A stretch of 51,222 nt of DNA, the filler included, from Sphacelaria rigidula (taxonomy: Eukaryota), in assembly GCA_964200075.2 (NCBI GenBank). It is 3 parts of 3 records of this genome, joined end to end, with 100 filler letters (N's around TTAATTAATTAA, not from the genome) between each part and the next. Parts side by side here need not be neighbours in the genome. Positions count along the whole stretch, not along the records: positions 17,109 to 34,116 come from CAXNAA020001190.1; positions 34,217 to 51,222 come from CAXNAA020001191.1; 1 more part is not named here. One strand, given 5' to 3'. This document shows positions 23,751 through 35,609 of the stretch, piece by piece (within the stretch, counting starts at the first letter, position 1; each line of letters starts with the position of its first letter). Both the position numbers and the translations under genes were made by a program. The notes under the pieces are model-generated. The model saw nothing but the letters and a program-made list of their open reading frames with translations. It searched no databases and was not told where the DNA came from.

Positions 23751-23847
23751 CCCTTAGACCGCGGTGCGAGTAGTCCATCTGGATCATGTATACGCTTTTC
23801 AATGAACACTAATGCCGATCGAGAAAGCTGACCTCGCGGTCAAAGGG
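23751..23847 (-). mobile_element. Solo 97-bp piggyBac-like mini-element
   Basis: CCCTTAGACCGCG...CGCGGTCAAAGGG with the gtagtccatctgga core. Flanks TTCA/TTGG may be a decayed TTAA. Confidence 0.65.
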
Positions 23848-23859
23848 TTGGCTTTTAGA

Positions 23860-24675
23860 CAAACCATTTCCGAGTTCTAGATTTTTCGGTTTGGAACCGA
23901 CAAGAAGACAAAGAAGCTCCGGACGACATCCGTGGTTGATAACGGGTTCGTCGCGAATCACGATGTCCAGTCATCAAGTAAAGCATATGCTCGGCGGGCA
24001 AAACAAAATGAACGGCCTGCTTTGTATGTCGAACCCTCTCAAGGGTCGATCGTCGAGTACTGAACACCATAGATTCATTTGGTGTGGATTGGAACGCCTT
24101 TGTCTGACAATGCTGGGCGAATCGTTCATCTCGCTGGAATGGTATAGGTACTGTATCTCAAACTCGAGATTCACAGTACATTTCACATGAATTTACAGTC
24201 AAATATGTGGGGAACCTCGGGTTTGGGATACCTCACATGATGACAATAAAAATAAGACACAGGAGGAAAAGCCGGCATATCCCACCACGACTACTCACCA
24301 CTATTCGGAGGTGCGGCAGCGTGATGCAGGACATTGGCCAGGGGCTTGTGGCACAATTATCAATCATCACACCTCATCACCACATGAGGATTATGCCTGC
24401 ACGTTTAAAACTTTTCCTATGACCAGGCCACGCGAGGTTTCGATCCCCAATTTTCTCGGGAAAAAAGAGATCGCCCACTCCGGAGATGCCCCTGTCTGCG
24501 GTACCATTCGACAGAGATGTTTGCAGCGCAACAACTCTTTGATTCTTTTGTGTGGGCCTGGAGAATCGCCGACAAATGAGATATCACGGGGGTGTTATAC
24601 CCCGTCACCCAAGATACACATCTCCGACGTGGATACAGGTGAGACGATAGAACGCAGGGTATCGGGGGTACGCAT
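23860..24675 (+). repeat. Unclassified repeat, copy B (contains a small MITE at about 24150-24233)
   Basis: Homologous to copy A. Both end at tatcgggggtac(a/g)cat. Confidence 0.75.
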
Positions 24676-27504
24676 CAACACACATAGCGTGCATCACGCT
24701 AGTGGCCAGGGTTGATTCACGGTTGAACATATCACAGAACTCCACCTGTTTTCAACCTGTCAGACAGTAGATGCTACATCGTGGACGGTACAAAGTACGT
24801 GCGAGTTTACCGTAGTTTTTCACGTCAGTGTACGCACACAACGAGTGTCAGCACTAATACCGTGGTTTTACGAGGGGGGGGGGGAATGTGACACCTTGAG
24901 TATATTCAAGTTTGAAAAGATGGATGTCGCCTCCTCTGTACGTAGGTCTGTACACCCGAGGAGGCAACAAGGCGACACAAACATGTGCATCTCAGCGCTG
25001 AAGATTAGGCTCCCTGCCTGCTGACTTTGATCTCTACTCTGCACACAATCTGGATCAATCTTAAAGTACGGACTGGAAGTTGACAGGTTACCGTAAATAC
25101 TGACGGGCATGCACAAACAACACTTGCTGTACGTATTCTCGTATTCGAGGCAAGTTACTCAAGTCTCTGAGCAGCATGGTATCGAAGTTGAGGTCTTCGT
25201 CAAATGGACTCAAAGCCGCGATCGATTCACTTCGGGTGTGCAACACGCGCGTTACAGTCTTTCTATAGCTTGCAATCCATGACATCCGGACAAATGTCTT
25301 CGATGTCCAGTTCTTTAGGGGTGCTTGCCTTTGCCATCACCCTACTGCACAGCTTGTGTCTCAAGAAGCGTACTGCGTGGTACAGTCAAGTGTGCGCTGG
25401 AAAGGAAGTCGAGCCATGCGGTAGAGCTGTCAGTCTTCTTAGTCTCACACGGCGCTGTTCTTGTACCAGCGTTGGCTTGACTTCAAAACACGCATTCAGT
25501 GTCCAAAAGCGAAAGAGACGGACATACATATGTTCACACCTGAATGATGAAAAGGACGTAGTTCTGTTTATCACTCTTGAAATAGCTCTCGATATCTGCT
25601 CTCGCGTACGAGCCCATCATCGTTTGCGGCACTTCTTGCAAGGCACTAGACGCTTCGACTGCGGAGACTGGAGCGGTTCAGTCCATTTTTATGTCAGATA
25701 TGACTATCTGATTTACAATATAGAGGAAAGTTTCAACATGAGCATGGGTGAGACGCGCTACTATATGTACAGTACTTCTAACGTGTATACGATGCAAAGG
25801 TTTCAATGGTCACACAAGTTAATTTTTATTTACATCTTCATAGATGTTAAAGTATCGTGTACACCACGAGCAGATGTACGATGTCACTACGGCCATGCAG
25901 TAGTGAAATGTAGTGGTACCTCACTCGAAGCCCCTCGACATCTTGCGGGTATTTAGCACCAACGGGACGTATCCCACATACCTATCTACTGTGGCAAACA
26001 AAACGGTACACATGAATGCGCAATTGAGTCAACGAAGCGGTTGAGTTATCCCAAACAGCCTTTCTGTATTGTAGTTTTGTACTGCGATTGGGGGATACAA
26101 TTCGTAAAAGCCTGCCGTGAAGTTCAACCCGTGTGGTGAATGATCACCAGGATCTGCAGTTGACCTTTACGTCGTGAGGTCAAACTCGCAGCAGCAACAG
26201 CAGCCGCCAGGAACCACCGCGGGCGGCACAAAAGTGGGATCGGAGGAAATCACCGAACAAAATTGGAACAAAGAACAGAGTGTTTCGTCTGTGGTAAACC
26301 ATGGGCGACTCCACCGCTTCGACGTCGCGAACGCTGCACAGACTCCCATCATGTAAGCGATGTTTTTTGTTGGGATTCATCATAGACTGAGGTGGCTGCT
26401 ACTCGCGAGCCACCACTTCACAGTGCGTGTTTGACGGTATTCACATACGCCAGCCCCCCATGGGAGCGGTGGTTGCATGCGGGCTTTTCTCGGCGTCTGG
26501 TTTGATTTGGTTTTTGATGAACGGGAGAATGTGGAACCAAGGATCTTCGGTTGGCTTTTTGTTGCAGGTAACAAACACACGTGTCTGCGTCGCTTTTTGT
26601 CCCTACATCGGCGCGCTTATGTGTACCAGCTACCCTCACACCCTCTGTTGAACGCGTCGACCTCCTGTGCCATCGGGCACAGACGCTCTATTGAACAACT
26701 TTCCAGTGTGCACGTCAGTGCTACTGGCCTCGAAAGATTTGTGTCCGTCGACAAATCGCACAGGAAGACCTTCCATGATCCAGCACGCGTCCTTCCATCA
26801 TCGCATCGTCAAAATATTATTCGCCTCGAAAAATACCTCCGCGCACCGGTGGGGCCCTGGGGGGGGTGTCATTCACTTGTCTGCCCGCACGCTGTGTCTT
26901 CAGATCGCTTGGGGGGGCACTCGCGTACGTGTTGGTTGCTGAGTTCGTCACAAAGTGGGTGGTTGCTTTTCCAAGTGGTGTACTGACTGCACATATTGCC
27001 CTCATAATTTCATCGTGGATCGCATACCATACACTCTGGTGTGCTTGTGTGGTAAGCGGCTTGTTGGTTGTTCGTGTAATACACCAACAACCTGAGAGAC
27101 CCTGTAATTCGTAACGGAAGACGCGCGTGACATACAAATGTACTGTAGTCAGTAAACTAGTCGTCACATGAAATACTTGCAGTTGGAAACCCCTCAACAG
27201 ACCGATCATGTAACAGTCCAGAGATTCGATGTTTCGTACTTGGCCCTCCGTCCCCCTACTCATCTAAACCATTAATTATTCTCACGTAGCCACCGCCTGA
27301 CTCCCACGGTGCTGCAGTGCTTCATCCTTCGGTGACGACTTGCCTCATTTTTTACGTTGCGGTGCCGCAATGTTCACGCGATAAAAGAGAGCGTCGGGCT
27401 GCTGCAACTGCTACTGGTATAGATTTCATCTCACCCATTCACAAGAAACCTGTTCTGCATCTTTAATGCGCTCGCTGCCCCTACGTTTCGCGTGCCAAAA
27501 ACAG

Positions 27505-27689
27505 CCGCGACAGTACGCCGGATGGCAAACCAAGGCCTGCAGGACATCTACGACTGGTTGGGCGGAGAGAACTGGCGATGTAGCGATGGCTGGTTGGATC
27601 CCGGAAGCGACGTGCGAGAGTGGCACGGCCTGACAATTACCACATCGGGTGACTTGATCTCGATCAATCTCATCAGCAACAATCTCGAG
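27505..27689 (+). CDS. Leucine-rich-repeat protein N-terminal cap exon
   Basis: MANQGLQDIYDWLGGENWRCSDGWLDPGSDVREWHGLTITTSGDLISINLISNNLE fits the stramenopile LRR N-cap pattern (LY...GG..W....W......WHG+......V..L.L..NNL). Acceptor aaaacag|, ATG at 27522, donor |gtgaac. Confidence 0.8.
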
Positions 27690-30600
27690 GTGAACATTTT
27701 GTCATCTTCGAAAGCTATTGTTGCGGCTTCAGCGCCAGTACATCGGCGCGCGCACGTTCCACTAAGGTGCTGCGCTTTGTGGTTCATGCCGGAGATATCA
27801 TAGTGTACATGGCTCCAGATTAATATTTCTTCGAGAAATTGTACGTTACGGTATCTCACCACACCAAGCACAGCACACAACAAGCAGCTCGGAACTATGC
27901 TTTCGACATTCTACTAGTGATGGTTTCAGGAAACTCCGGTGCTCTCCCTCTTCGTGTGCTTTGGAATTTATTTTCATAGTACTCCTTTCCAGTACAATAC
28001 CCAAAAATCCACCTGTATGAAAGCGGAAAGCTCCCAAAACAGAATGAGTTATACACCGAAAAGTTTCAAGATGCGGATTTCCATGAACGAAATTCGTGAA
28101 CTTGGCACCATGCACCCATCCTTACCCACCCAAAAACATAGTTTTGTTACCACCCCGCGGCTTCGACCCACCTTGCAGGTAGTCAAGTGGCATGCCTGTG
28201 CGAACGTGGAGCAGTGTTGTACCTCATCTGAGTGCATATACTGCACCCACATTGAACGACCACGACGATTCGCGGACCGTTTCTTCCACCATAGTATTTG
28301 AACACAGTACCCGACATGCGCACATGCGCTGTCCCCACGTTTCAAACATACCGTTGGAAAATTACCTGACGTGTTAAGAATCTTCTTCGTTGGTGTCAGG
28401 TTTACGTACCCACGACAGATACGATCTTACCACAAACGCTCATCATCGCGAGCCCCACACCTTGGTCCGTTCCCCCTGCCTTTCCTTCCTCCTCCGTCTC
28501 AACCAACATTTACGGTGGCAAAGCGTTGTACAACTGGAAGCACTGCCAACTTTTTGATACCTTGCATGTATGGATCGCTCTGTCCCCAGCAGTGGTTGAC
28601 GTCGAAGTTTTCGGTCTTTCGGGATTGGGTTTGTCAAGTGCGGGTCAACTTTTTCGGTCTAAACTGTTCCAGAGCGGCGTACCCGAATCACCGCATCCTG
28701 TAAAAATGGAACACTTTGATATTATAAATGTTGAATATTTTGCACGGCAGACGAGGCTGACTCTACTGTTCTGGCTGAACTGTACCGAGTGTGCTGAAGG
28801 AGCCACTCTGTATCAGCTGATTGACACTGACCCTTACCTGACCGCGCCCGCATAGTTGGTTAGTACTTAGTTCGAGTTGGGGGTTAACAGATCAGTTTGA
28901 CTTTTACTCCGCCGTGGGGGAACTTTTACTGCCTCTTGTGCTTGCATGTATAGGAGCACAACCATGTGATGGTGTTTGTTTAGGAAAAGCGAAAAGTGAT
29001 GAATGTCGAGAAGGGCCATGAGAAGCAATTAGCCGTGGCACATGCGAACTTGAAACTTGAAACATGATGAAAACTGGACTGTCGTATTATACTGTACTGT
29101 ACACAGTCGTATCATACAAAAGTGTGGTTCAGTCCGTGTGACCTGGGGGGGCGGTACAGACTCGTGCACTGTGTGCTTCCCACACGCCGCAGGTGCGGTC
29201 ACTCGGAGCACCCGCGTCAACGCAACCGTGCCGTACATCACACGCGGCTGTGTTGATGACAGAAATGGGTTTTGTAGCATGCCTCGAAGCAATCGATTCC
29301 CCGCAGTCCTGATGGACATGGTGGTCCCTCGTGCCGCTATCCTGCAAACGCAACTCAACGCAGCTCAACACAACGCAACACACCGCTAACCCCACCCTTA
29401 CTCGACCCTTAGACCCCGATAGTAGCTCATCTGGGCCATGGATACTATTTTCACATGAAACTGATGTCGATTTACCGTATGACCTACCCTCACCGTTAAC
29501 CCTGACGTTTCAAAATGTCAGAGCATGAAGCCTAGGGCATACGGTAGTTAACGTTAGGGTCAATCAAAGTACAACGGAGGATATTGTGCGGGGAAGGTGG
29601 GTCAGTCACGGCTGCACGGCATTATCGATGGCGCCAACTGGTGCTCCTGTAGAGGTGATACTTGAGTCCCTGCGTAAGATGCAGATACCCACCTGCTTGT
29701 GGCATTCCCCCATCAGGGTGACTGCAGCCGAGTGCAGCCGCTCTTTCGTGAGGCAACCGCACCATGGGTAATTTGTCTTGAGCTGTTCGTCATTCTGCGG
29801 TGCTACCATGCTGTAGTTGGCATGATCAACCGAGTGTAAGTACTGATGTAGGGATCATCGGAATACAACAGGACATGTGATGGTCGGAGCAATGGCATCT
29901 GGGCATCGAGTGATTTCAATCGATTACAACGTTACTCGTTTCGAAAATACAACGTGAAGGATCCAGGGTAGCATGATTCGGTGTGCGGATGGGGAAGGAT
30001 CATACTCTATATTTGTACTGACTACTGCACTGTCAACACGGGAAGCACAGAGGCTTACATGGAATCAAGGATCGGAAATGTTCAGCAGAAGACGGAGTTG
30101 GGAAGTTGCCCTTCGGGATCGAGTTTGGTAGTCCAATCGTTTGCAGTATCGGAGGAATGTAGGACATGAGCAGCTGCCAGCTGCGTGTACTATTATGTGG
30201 ATACTCCTCTTCCCGCCACAACCCTAAGGTGGACTATCGATGAATCTCCGAAGGATGACAGCACTGCCCGCATCGAAAACGCCATATTACGCGGGTCGAG
30301 AGGGTGTCACTAAGAGTGAGTCACGTGTGTGATTTGGAAGTGCGCTCAAACCAAGCTGAAGCATTTTCCTTGCTATCTCAAGAGGTCAGATGGATAAACC
30401 GGTGGCTAACGCAAGATCGAGCAAATGGTCCAAAACTTATGACGCCTAAAATTACTTTCGCCCAGCACGGGCTTGCGAACGAGTGTACGAGTGCTTGAAC
30501 ACAGCGCTTTGCACTTCGACGGAAGGAGAGCAATGGTGGATCACTGCCCTGCACTGCGCGCAATCATCAGTCATTTATATCCTATACGGACAACTTTACT

Positions 30601-31479
30601 TAACCATGTTCCGAACGTCAGATCACGATATGATGGGGACCCTTCCAGCGGAACTGTCAGCCGAAGGACTGTCAGCCGAAAATACTGTATTGTAACGAAA
30701 TGAGGCCCGCACCTTGAAGGGGTAAAGTTCACGCGACACATGCAGTGTACACGACACATGTGTTGTTGTGTTCCCTGTGTCATGTGTCATGTATAATGAA
30801 TCATGATTCTGACCGGGAAAATGCCGACATAAGACGAAGTTTCGTTGTATACTGAACGAAGTTTCATTATTTCGGACCTTTCATAAAGGGCCCCGCCGCC
30901 CAACCTGAAAGCCGCCAGAAGGTGAACTTGGTCGTCCTCAGAAGACGAATTCTTGGAAAGTCATGATTCCAAAATTTAGAATGTCATCCAGTGCATTTGT
31001 GCGTGTGCCCTGTATGGAAGTTTGGTCAGCAGTGTATCACACCCGAACGGAAGATTTCATTGGCGAAAAGTCTACTGCGTACAACGTCAAATATTGTGTC
31101 CATAATGTTGGACATAATATTCGATATTGTGGACAGTATACTTTTTGCCAATGTATTTGGATAAACTTCGAAACAATGCTTCAGGATCAGGACACATGAA
31201 GTGTGAGGATGGAAGGTGACAACTTCAGGACTGAAAGTGGAAACTTCAGAATGGAAGCCGACCTGATGTGGATAGACGTTACTCTGTCGTGCGCAGTGGT
31301 CGGCCCCAGGTTGCTTGCCCCACCAAATGTGCGGTCAACCATCCGATTCGCAAATGCAGAAGCCAGCACAGCCCACCACTGCACAGTAGCGAGACTTACG
31401 TTTACTTGGACTGCACATTGTTTTGTACCGTACCCTGCCGTACCGTTGATTGCACAACACTACACTTCAACACTCTGAA

Positions 31480-31530
31480 CAGTGCAAGGCAGTGCAGTGC
31501 AGTGCAGTGTGCAGGACAGTGCACTGCAGA
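31480..31530. repeat. Imperfect (CAGTG)n microsatellite
   Basis: cagtgcaaggcagtgcagtgcagtgcagtgtgcaggacagtgc. Confidence 0.85.
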
Positions 31531-32569
31531 AAACTGCGGTACCATGCGGTAGGGGACAGCGGTACTGTACATTCAGCACGGAAGTACTTTCAAGGAACAG
31601 ACAAGGCCCGCATGGCAATGATGTTGCACCATGGCACTCATGACGGTGGTGGAAGACGTCATGAACTCTAACGGAAGCGGCAGTGCATCCCGGTGCAGCA
31701 CTGCTGCTGCGCGGTAGACTACGAATCGCTCACACCGTCTTCTTCCAGCTGAACATACACGAGGTTGGCAACAGTGGGGAACTGTGCCCAGGGCGAATCC
31801 TGTTGCGCGCACCGAGCATTCAAGTTTGAGATTGCATAGCTAAGCGAATGCTGATTCCATGGCGGCAAGGTTCCCTGTCTTCGATGTCAAGCGTTGCTAC
31901 TTCGTGACTGGTCCATTGTGATTAAGATGGCAAATGTGATGAATATCCTACGTTTTTTGCTAGAGTGTAACGATGGTGAACTAACTGGCTGTAACAGTAG
32001 TGGCGGCTTTGGTGGTGCTTCCTGTTTGTTAACATTCTGAGTTCTGAAGCGGCACTTCAGACGTCAGGATGAGCTCAAAATAGGACTCTGATCCTGAAAA
32101 GTTCATCCTGAGCTTCTCTCATGATGGAATTTGTGCCGTTGCCGGCTTTCCCCCCTTCCGTTCTGATCCTAAAGTGCGAGAAAACTGTTTCCGAAACTCC
32201 ATCATGTAATCGTTTATCCAGGGTGTGGAGGTCAAGCGACCCAATCTGTAAAAGTTGCTGGCCATATGACGATGAAACCTATTTCGGCAATCCCGGTCTG
32301 GCGCGTTGTCGTGCCTCTCCAAGGCTATCGCAAGAGGGTAGCAGGACGCGATCTTTCGCCCTGTGCCCTGCTTGAAAAATGCAGTAAGCCTTGCCTTGAA
32401 AGAAGAATCGGCAGGTGGCGACGAGTGGGCAAAAGCAGTCCTCTATGTTTATGTGCCTGAATGGCTTGCTGAACGGGCCCCCAATGCGGAAGTAAGGGTC
32501 ACACGTGACTCAAGTAAAAAACTTGACGTCATATTTTCGCTTTCGTTATCATGTAAAAATAGAAAAATA

Positions 32570-33130
32570 GAAGGCGGGAAATCAGATATCTCCATCGGCT
32601 CCGTACTAAATCCTGTTCTTCGTTAGATATGGTATGTATACATTTATGAGCTGAGCTAGCCAAGAGCCGGGGGAGTTGCCAATATCGCCGGAACCCGCTC
32701 AATTTTTCGAGTTGGAACCTGATATATTCGCACGTGATTTGCCAGGTACTCACCGAGATATTCCGAGCGGGTACCTTGCGTGTTTTGTTTTCGTCAAAAC
32801 ATGACCAATCCGAAAGAACCTACTGTACTCGCCAAGATATCCCAAGCGGGTCCTTTCCTTTTCTTTTCTTTTAAATTGCCGAGATACGATCAATCTGATA
32901 CGACCAATAGAAGTTGGGTTGGTCGTATTTCGGCAAAAACAAATGGGCGCGCGAGGGGGAGGCATGAAGTGTCTCGGTGAGTACCTTGCGAATCACATGT
33001 GGAAAATTTAGATCCCAACTCCAAAAAATGAGAGGTCCGTGATGATACTTGCGGCATTTGCAGCAAGATCGCCCTCCACAAAAGTCACATGGAAAACGAG
33101 ATGTGGGTATCAGATTTTGGGCTAGAAGGT
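32570..33130. mobile_element. Old foldback element with long imperfect IRs
   Basis: cacgtgatttgccaggtactcaccgaga (about 32731) vs tctcggtgagtaccttgcgaatcacatgtg (about 32972). Pairing extends inward and outward; the ends are uncertain. Confidence 0.65.
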
Positions 33131-34116
33131 TCGAACGACGATAAATCTCTGGACAAGACCTTGACCGCATTTCCCCTCTACTCGGTAGCCACAGGCTCAG
33201 AAAATTGAAAAAATAATGGAAATGTAGTCCTTGTTACATGATGATTGTTTTTTGGGGGGGGGGACAATCGACACAAGAATCTGATAGCAAATGAACAGTT
33301 CCAACACGAAGACGCGAGGTTCACGACACCATCTGGGTGCTCCCGCGGCTGGATGGCTCCCCGTGACCTCCGATACTTGCCGATTTCAACGATATGCTCA
33401 GCTTGCCCTGACTCAGTGCCGTCCAAAATATTATGACTCTGACACAACTTGGTATTCATGGCCCCCGCCTGTACATATTATGTAGGACGTTCATATTTCG
33501 GTCTGGAGGCAATTAATAGGGGGTTCAACCTAGGCACGATCCAGCGCTTCTTGGCGGTGTTGCAGTCGTGCGGTTCTGTAATGTGCTTGTTAGTGGGAAG
33601 ATGGGACGACAAAAATGTAACCTAACGCTTGGCCGCTGAATAGTCGAGATTTGATTTCATTTTGGTGAGGGGGGAAAACACAACCTCCCCACTTTGAAAC
33701 GATGAGCGGAGTACATGGCGGTCTCGCCCACACGCCGGCCTATTAGCCGTTCCAACGCACCCTTTGCCTGGGGCATCCTCTGCACCCTCCCTTTCCCTGC
33801 GGGTTCTCGTTTTGCGTCGGGTTGGGAGTCGCGGTTCGACGAAAATGGGGTGCAGTACAGTATATATTCGAAAAAACGGCCGAGTTAAGAGAGCAGCCAA
33901 AAGCTGCAGGTTGAATGGACGCGTGAGTGGCGCATAGAATCGAGAAAAATTATGTCACGACGACTTCCATCATGGGGGTTGGGGTTTAGGACGGAAAAAA
34001 GCTGTAGCGTGATGTGTACACACGTATTACAAAAGCTTCGTATATGCCGTATGTAGGCTAGACATGCCCTGTCTGTTGTGCTTCCATGACGATGCTACTT
34101 GAACAGAACCCGATGG

Positions 34117-34216
34117 NNNNNNNNNNNNNNNNNNNNNNNNNNNNNNNNNNNNNNNNNNNNTTAATTAATTAANNNNNNNNNNNNNNNNNNNNNNNNNNNN
34201 NNNNNNNNNNNNNNNN
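34117..34216. other. Artificial contig spacer
   Basis: N44-TTAATTAATTAA-N44. Confidence 0.97.
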
Positions 34217-34267
34217 AATGGGCGAGGGAGAGGTGAGACATCTTCAAGAGGAGACAACAACCCATAC

Positions 34268-34435
34268 CCGGGTGAGCCCGTTAATGGCGGCCTTGCTGGT
34301 GCAGTACGGGGCGTGGTCGTGGAGCGCGAAGAGCGAAGCCGTGCTGGCCGTACTGATGATCTTGCCGCCCTTACCGCGCGCGATCATCCTCCTGGCGCAC
34401 TCCTTGGCCATGATGAAGGGTGCCCTTACATTGAC
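34268..34435 (-). CDS. Short-chain dehydrogenase/reductase exon 4 (catalytic S and YxxxK); 3' exons lost at the contig end
   Basis: Acceptor tttttcctcag| and donor |gtatgg. Reads VNVRAPFIMAKECARRMIARGKGGKIISTASTASLFALHDHAPYCTSKAAINGLTR. Confidence 0.93.
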
Positions 34436-35544
34436 CTGAGGAAAAACACAGTAAAAGACGGACAATTGAAACTTTCGACACTACAAGAACCACTTTACTC
34501 CCGCCGCTGTTTCACGCAAAACGTCGCACGCACGTCCTAATTTGGCGACTCTTCAGCTCAGATTCCACGAAGACCTCCTGCACTCAAGGAAATGATATCT
34601 TACGGGAGCAGATGCAGATTCTCGTATTTTTGCTGGACTCGTGACGTGATTTTTTTCTTCTATATTTTTCAGATTTCCATGAATTCCTTTTTTTCGTTGC
34701 TGCTCTCGAGACGTTCCGCACGTCGATCATAATCAGCTGCTGCCAGCATTCAAGCGTCCAGCCCCTAATTTAACGCTGTGAGTCGCCTGAGTGAGAAAAT
34801 CAACTGTTGGCTGACCCAGCTCGTAAGCAGATGCTGACACATTATAATTTCAATTTCATTACACTAACCAACTCTGCACCCGAGGGGCAGGTAAGTGCCG
34901 ATCTGGCCTCAGCTCACGATGAGCTAAACCTGGCATCATTCGATTGCTCTGAGAGGGAGTGACTCGCTTTACTCGTCGAGATGGTTCCACGACATCTTCG
35001 CGTGTTACCGGTGGCCGCAATTTCTTGTTTTGGCCCAACAGGCATTTTCATCCAGAGACCAGGTCCAGATTTCCCTACATTTGACCGTTCTTGGACAACA
35101 CTGTATATTCGGAGGGAACAGACCTACGGCCACAAGAAAACGTCAAGATGTCCTACACGCGTCTAAACGCGAACAGCATCTCAATGCAACGTGGCGAACT
35201 CCGCCTAGCTCTCTCGTGGAGCGTGAAACGAAAAAAAAAACGAGCTTAGATTTCCATACGATTTTCTCCAATCCTCAGCAGGAAACGGCTTCAGGCATAG
35301 AACCGGCACACTTGAAACCTATCTGCCAGACCATCAGGGGATATTTTATCGTAACAGAAAGCCTTGGATTGTTCCGACAGTTGACCGAAGGGAATCATCC
35401 ATTTAATGTCCCCCAAGTTCGCCATGGAAATGCATATACCCATATCGCCGAAACCAACAGTCACACGGAAAACAGGCAATGTGATAGATTCGGCAATTTC
35501 GAGTAACAATTTCATTTCTACTTCATACGGTACAATGTTCTCAC

Positions 35545-35609
35545 GTTCATTGTCCAGTCCCATTCCTCCACCGTGGTGTCGAGGATGGATGCGATTGTAG
35601 CAACGCCAG
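35545..35609 (-). CDS. SDR exon 3
   Basis: Acceptor ctccgtgtgcag| and donor |gtgaga. (A)GVATIASILDTTVEEWDWTMN completes the NNAG motif; phases 1 and 0 fit both neighbours. Confidence 0.9.

Noticed and set aside
25204..25956. 250-aa plus-strand ORF
   Set aside because: Not protein-like; the more plausible signal is on the minus strand.
33180..34116. Missing 3' exons of the SDR
   Set aside because: No SDR C-terminal motif was found, and this sequence belongs to a different contig.
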